DNA of 64,000 bases from NCBI RefSeq assembly GCF_006345805.1, contig NC_043001.1, positions 64,232,001 through 64,296,000 of the forward strand. Reading direction: 5' to 3'. The translations under genes were made by a program, and so were the position numbers. Below, in pieces: positions 60,900-64,000 of the stretch (within the stretch, counting starts at the first letter, position 1; each line of letters opens with the position of its first letter). This DNA comes from Octopus sinensis. Its lineage: Eukaryota. Below the pieces are notes generated by a model. It was given only the letters and a program-made list of their open reading frames with translations. It was not told where the DNA came from and did not search any database.

Positions 60900-62314
60900 G
60901 CACTTTTAACACACACCTCTAACTTTCAACCACCTTCATCTCATGTTAAATTATATTTTTATCTTATTTTATTTTATTTTTACTTTTACTCTTATTCTAC
61001 TTCCATTTATTCTCATTTTCATTTTCATCCCTTACCTTAACTCTTATAATTTTTATAATTTTTATATTTCATTTCTAACTATTACATTGTATTTCTTATT
61101 TTATACTGTATTTCTTACTTTTATTTCTAATTTTTACCCTTACCCTCATTCTTACCCCTAACTTATCGCTTTACATCTCTATATATGTTTATTTACTTAC
61201 CTATAGATCCACTTTTGACTATACGAGCGTCCGTGTACGTATGTATACGCATACATACATAGACGCGCGCATATATGTACATGCATATTTTGATATCTTA
61301 TAGCTATACCCATATGTCTCTGTGTGTGTGTGTAGGTGTATATGTGCACGCACATACGTACACACAGCCGTGTGTGCGTGCACGCATAGACGTGATTCCT
61401 TACATACGCTCTTATATACATCCTTTAATATCTTATATCTAGACCTGGAAGCGTGGGCATATGCGTGTGTGTATGTAGGGATGGGCGCGCGTATGTACAT
61501 GTGAGTGTGTACACGTATAGTGTCCGTGTATACATGCGGATATTCTGTTGTATGTATGTATGTGTACGCACGTGCGTGTGGGTGTGTGTGTCTTTATATG
61601 CATGTTTACACGTGAGTGCGTGTGGATGCTTATAGGCTTGGAGGCGTATATGTACGCGTGTATATGGGTGTATGTATCCATGTTGGTATGTATGTACTAG
61701 AAGTCCAAATAATTCAAGGAACCAGATTAAACGCTCAACAGCTCTGATTTACAACGCATTAGGTCCCCAGACGAAACTGTTGATTTACTGACAATTCTAC
61801 AACTAAATTTTATCAATCTCCTGACCACCATGCTTGGTCCTTAACCTCTATACATCCCTTATCTTTATATTTTTTTATATTTTGTTACATTTTTATCATG
61901 TTTTTTTTTACTTTTATTTTTATTTCTATTTCTATTTTTACTTTATAACCTTATGCCTTTACATTTATTTACATTTCTTTATATTTCTTTATATTCTTTA
62001 TACCCCCTTTACATCTCCTTATATCTCTTTATATCTTTATGCTCTACATTTTTATATTTTTCTATACTTACACTTTTTATACATTTTTTATCCATCGTCC
62101 TGAATTCTCGCCCCTCCATCTTCACGTATATACATGTATTTATTTATTTACATTACTTCAACATCCATTTTTCCTCATCCTACATTGAGAGAAGAAAGAG
62201 ATGGACGCTTCAATTCTATGCTGCTGCCGCATTATGTCGTACGCGAATGGGAGGATTTGCATCCCCAACCAAGAATTTTTGATGTAACACATGTCCTTGT
62301 GGAAGCTGTTGTGC

Positions 62315-62392
62315 GCGGCTGAAGAAGGCCACAGACATACATTATGCATTGTTATAAATCTGTCTAATAAAGGCCCGAAACATATGTACCGC
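62315..62392 (+). ncRNA. Minimal type I hammerhead ribozyme
   Basis: GCGG/CCGC stem I, CUGAAGA, GGCC/GGCC stem II, GAAA, palindromic ACAUAUGU, GUA. Confidence 0.8.
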
Positions 62393-62452
62393 TGAATCCT
62401 TCGCATCATGTTTTTATTTTGATCAATTTATATATATATATATATATATATA

Positions 62453-62669
62453 TACGTTTAAATATTTGTTGTGCAAGATTTTTTATGTGAAGTCGTGTGT
62501 TGAAACAGATATTGTTATATTTCGGAATGGTCATTTTGCCAGTTTAGCCAATAAAAACACACGCACTATATATTTGCTTCAGTGTTATTTATTTTTTACA
62601 TTAATCTTAATCTTATTTCGGCCAGAGTTCTTTCGTCACACTCCTGTGACCGCATCAGTGGTCCTTTGT
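62453..62669 (-). mobile_element. Solo pLTR fragment of the Penelope element at 30544-36436
   Basis: Near-identical to 30544-30760 with the same terminus against (TA)n. Confidence 0.92.
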
Positions 62670-63233
62670 TAATTTAACCTTTAAAGGTATTTTTTAATAT
62701 GCTGGCCATTGATAAAATTTTTTTTCGAAAAAATGTTATCCTACATTAGATATAAATTTAATAGTGTTCACTTCCGGACTCTCCCACTCTGTGAGTGCCT
62801 CAATTCAAATCGCACGTGTCTTGAATGGGCTGGAGTATTTCTATTTTGGATTTATTTGGGCTACTTAGTTGTGCTCGTGACTTAGTGTTTGCTTCTTCCA
62901 TGGGTATGAGTAAGTATCTCATTTTCTTCTTTGCCACATGTATCACTGACGAAGGGAGGGTTCTTTTTGAACTAACCCTGAAATCGGTCCGATATGGTAA
63001 TAATGGAATTTTTTAGAGATTTCTGTTGACCTTTTTATCGAGTAGCGTGCGTACTAGGAAAAACATTATATGGTAAATGGACAATATGTCCAATTTTTCG
63101 GCATATTTGGCATTAAAAATTTTTTCGTTTGCCCTTATTTATAAGTTGTTTATAATTTAACCTTTAAAGGTATTTTTTAATATGCTGGCCATTGATAAAA
63201 TTTTTTTTTTTCGAAAAAATTTTATCCTACATA

Positions 63234-63240
<7 letters not shown>
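62670..63240 (+). mobile_element. Non-coding 483-bp unit with ~85-bp terminal redundancy and a hammerhead ribozyme (retrozyme-like)
   Basis: taatttaacctttaaagg..atcctacat at 62670 and 63153; hammerhead at 62941-62999; ends in (TA)n. Confidence 0.65.
62941..62999 (+). ncRNA. Minimal type I hammerhead ribozyme with intact core
   Basis: UAUCA/UGGUA, CUGACGA, AGGG/CCCU, GAAA, AUCGG-U-CCGAU, AUA triplet. Confidence 0.82.
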
Positions 63241-63281
<41 letters not shown>

Positions 63282-63358
63282 TAAGCAATAAGGGTTTAGC
63301 AACGAGTTGCCTTACCACATACCGAATTTAGAAACAATGCGCTCTCTTATTTAAAATC

Positions 63359-63441
63359 TTTGTGCTGATGAAGAGAATGGTAGAATGAAGATGTAATTCT
63401 TGCATCTCCATATCGATCCAACTCACAAACGCGTCCACAAG
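63359..63441 (+). ncRNA. Hammerhead-like motif with G12C core substitution
   Basis: UUUGUG/CACAAG, CUGAUGA, GAG/CUC, CAAA instead of GAAA, ACGCGU, GUC. Confidence 0.65.
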
Positions 63442-63936
63442 TAATCAAATGCCGAGTGAATTTTTGTTATTTTTTCCTCTATGCCTACGTGAATTGTTTT
63501 TGAGTATACGTTGTCTGGGAGAGTCTTCTTATAGTGGAAGAAATAGCTAAGTTCTTTGGCTGCTATTTCTAAAAGCTCGGTATGTGGCAAAGCAAATATT
63601 TTTGCTGAACCCTAATTATAATTGTACTCATAATTATAAAATGTAATGTTTAAGTTTACCGTAAATGGTCCTTTTAACATGCTGAACACTACTTGGTGGA
63701 ATTATTAATTACTAATTAATTAATTAATTTTACCCTTTATTATCATTGATAATATAATTCTCTCCCCGATAATAAACTACAGTTTTTTTTTTCTGTAGGA
63801 ATTTGTTGCTCAACAACACACATGGGTGGGTTAAGGAGAATAGAAAGCCTCATTCGTATGTTTTGAATTCGTTGGTACTGGATGTTGGATATAGTTTGTC
63901 TGATGTTACTTGAATCAGATGGGTATGTTCAATTCT

Positions 63937-63998
63937 TCGGCCTTTCTGTCTCTATCTATCGGCCTTTCTATCTCTACCTATCGGCCTTTCTGTCTCTT
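63937..63998. repeat. 22-bp tandem repeat, ~3 copies
   Basis: tcggcctttctgtctctatcta at 63937, 63959 and 63981. Confidence 0.9.
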
Positions 63999-64000
63999 AA

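Noticed and set aside
60387-62103. ORFs rich in Y/I/H/T/C/V
   Set aside because: Translations of (TA)n, (CA)n and T-rich tracts
63930-63998. U2 snRNA 5' end similarity (tcggccttt)
   Set aside because: The match is under 10 nt and lies in a 22-bp tandem repeat

Overview
AT-rich, gene-empty animal genomic DNA made almost entirely of nested transposable elements and microsatellites. The SINE and LINE families look like those of an octopus or other coleoid cephalopod (recognition from memory, not a database search). No host exon could be supported. Content: several RTE-clade LINEs, a CR1-like LINE, Penelope-like elements (PLEs), two Helitron remnants, a Buster-type hAT, a Gypsy LTR element, an internally inverted R4/Dong-like LINE and tRNA-derived SINEs. 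A mariner remnant (TIRs at 36784 and 46001) is split by a stack of one Tx1/L1-like LINE and two identical ORF1-only elements, all with 3' ends at the same target nucleotide. Two signals stand out. (1) About 16 hammerhead-ribozyme-like motifs from about 10 sequence families were found by eye, several with intact cores. They include two non-coding ~470-480 bp units with terminal redundancy docked in (TA)n (58791-59410 and 62670-63240) that look like retrozyme-type non-autonomous retroelements, and a tRNA-headed SINE carrying a hammerhead-like domain. (2) The Tx1 stack suggests a LINE family, plus a half-LINE parasite, that targets a mariner transposon site-specifically. An antisense 96-nt 18S rRNA fragment also sits at a deletion junction inside the Tx1 ORF2. 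All structures were folded by hand, none was computed, and the boundaries of decayed elements are approximate.
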